NCBI GenBank assembly: GCA_951406725.2
Contig: OX597818.1
Coordinates: 47,430,001 to 47,494,000, forward strand
Length of the DNA: 64,000 bases
Origin: Octopus vulgaris
Taxonomy: Eukaryota
Direction: 5' to 3'
Shown: positions 62,217 through 64,000 of the stretch, one piece after another
Layout of the letters: each line of letters starts with the position of its first letter
Position numbering within the stretch: the first letter of the stretch is position 1
Notes under the pieces: model-generated
Databases searched by the model: none
Seen by the model: the letters and a program-made list of their open reading frames with translations, nothing else
What the model was told of the DNA's origin: nothing
Translations under genes and position numbers: made by a program

Positions 62217-64000
62217 GTATGTGCGTATATGTTTGTGTGTCTGTGTTTGTCCCCCCAACATTGCTTGACAACCAATGCTGATATGTTTACGTCCTCGTAA
62301 CTTAGCAGTTTGGCAAAAGCGACCAATAGAATAAGTACTAGGCTTACAAAGAATAAGTCCTGAGGTCGAATTTCTCGACTAAAGGCGGTGCTCCAGCATG
62401 GCCACAGTCAAATGACTGAAACAAGTAAAAGAGTAAAAGAGAGTATACTATTGTGTGTACCCTGTTTATTATTTTGCTTGTGTGGACTGAGAACTACTGG
62501 TTTAAAAAGTAATGGAAAATAAGTCACTTTCAGAACATTGATGTCCAGATCACAAAAGCAAAGTTTGAAGGGAATAGTTGTCATTTCCTTTCATTTTCAG
62601 ACAGAAGCAAATAGGAAGTAACATTTACTGACCAAAGACAAAAAAAAAAAACGAATTTGCTACACAGTGTAATTAGCAATGCCAGTGTCTATGTTAATTG
62701 GTTGAAATTGAGGAGCTTTTCTCAAATCATGACAATGTTTTTCTGTATTTAGTGCAATAAAAAAGGCTTTGTCAATGTCATCATTAAACTTTTCATTATT
62801 TTGTTTATCATTGCTTGCTTTTACTACAGTATGTTCTTTTATGTTCTTTTACTTGTTTCAGTCATTTTGACAGCGGCCATGCTGGAGTACCACCTTTAGT
62901 TCAGTAAGTCGACGCCAGGACTTATTCTTTGTAAACCTAGTACTTATTCTATTAGTCTCTTTTGTCAAACTGCTAAGTTGTGGGGACGTAAACAGACCAG
63001 CATCGGTTGTCAAGCGATGTTGCGGGAGGGACACACACGCATATATATATGTATGTATGTATGTGTCTGTATATGTTTGTGTGTCTGTGTTTGTCTCCCC
63101 AACAAGTCCTGGGGTCGATTTGCTCGACTAAAAGGCGGTGCTCCAGCATGGCCACAGTCAAATGACTGAAACAAGTAAAAGAGTAAATGAGAGCAGAAAT
63201 ATACATTCCATCATCCCTTTCTGTGCTACTCATTATTCTTCCTTCTCAGAACTGTTTACTTTCAACATCCATCCCTCATTCTTAACACTGTCTCATATCT
63301 GTAAACCACTACCTCCCCCACACTTTTGCTACTCATTTCATTCATCCCTATGTACCTTTGACCACCTTCCCCTCTGTCAGGTCTTGCAACTTTTACCCAT
63401 CCGCATCTACTATCTCCCTATCTCTTATTATATTATAGTATTCCCCATGCGGCAACATGTAAAAGCACCCATGTAGCACCATGTAAAAGCATTCATGCAG
63501 TGCCACATAAAAGTGTCCATGCGGTGCCACGTAAAAGAATCCAGCACACTCTGTAAAGTGGTTGGCATTAGTAGACGGAAACTGAAAGAAGCCCGTCATA
63601 TATATGTATATATATATATGTGTGTGTTTGTCCCCCTAGCATTGCTTGACAACCAATGCTGGTGTGTTTATGTCCCCATTACGTAGCGGTTCGGCAAAAG
63701 AGCCCGATAGAATAAGTACTGGGCTTACAAAAGAATAAGTCCTGGGGTCGATTTGCTCACTTAAAGGTGGTGCTCCAGCATGGCCGCAGTCAAATGACTG
63801 AAACAAGTAAAAGAGTTAAAGAGAGAGTAAGGGCATCCAGCTGTAGAAACCGCAACAAGACTGGAGTCTGGTGCAGCATCCCCACGTCACTTTGGCTTGC
63901 TAGCCCTGGTCGCACTGTCCAACCCATGCCAGCATGGGCAATGAATGTTAAATGATGATGAAGATTTGAAAGAAAAATGTGAATGCTAAAGGGTTATAAT

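Overview
Eukaryotic, AT-rich, repeat-dense genomic DNA. The repeat families suggest a cephalopod, most likely Octopus; this is an inference from recognising the repeats. One host gene is visible on the minus strand: ACTL6/BAF53 (Arp4, SWI/SNF-TIP60-INO80 subunit). Six consecutive internal coding exons (77, 166, 101, 98, 95 and 107 nt, 644 nt in total) splice in frame to [26 protein letters not shown]...[32 protein letters not shown]. The 3' exons lie left of the window, and I could not find a canonical MSGGVYGG first exon. The 8.8 kb intron at 6989-15811 is a clear U12-type (minor spliceosome) intron, with a GTATCCTTTT donor and a TTCCTTAAC branch box just before the CAG. A candidate alternative first exon (ATG TGC C|gtaagt) lies near 48.3 kb. 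The rest is intronic or upstream: tRNA-derived SINEs, decayed RTE, CR1 and R4-like LINEs, mariner/Tc1 relics, TTAA-targeting piggyBac-like MITEs, hAT- and Merlin-like MITEs, minisatellites and a 1.8 kb TA/CA tract. Several long fold-back palindromes are built around minimal hammerhead ribozyme motifs of the Penelope type. Most ORFs in the supplied track are spurious. Repeat boundaries were read by eye and are approximate.
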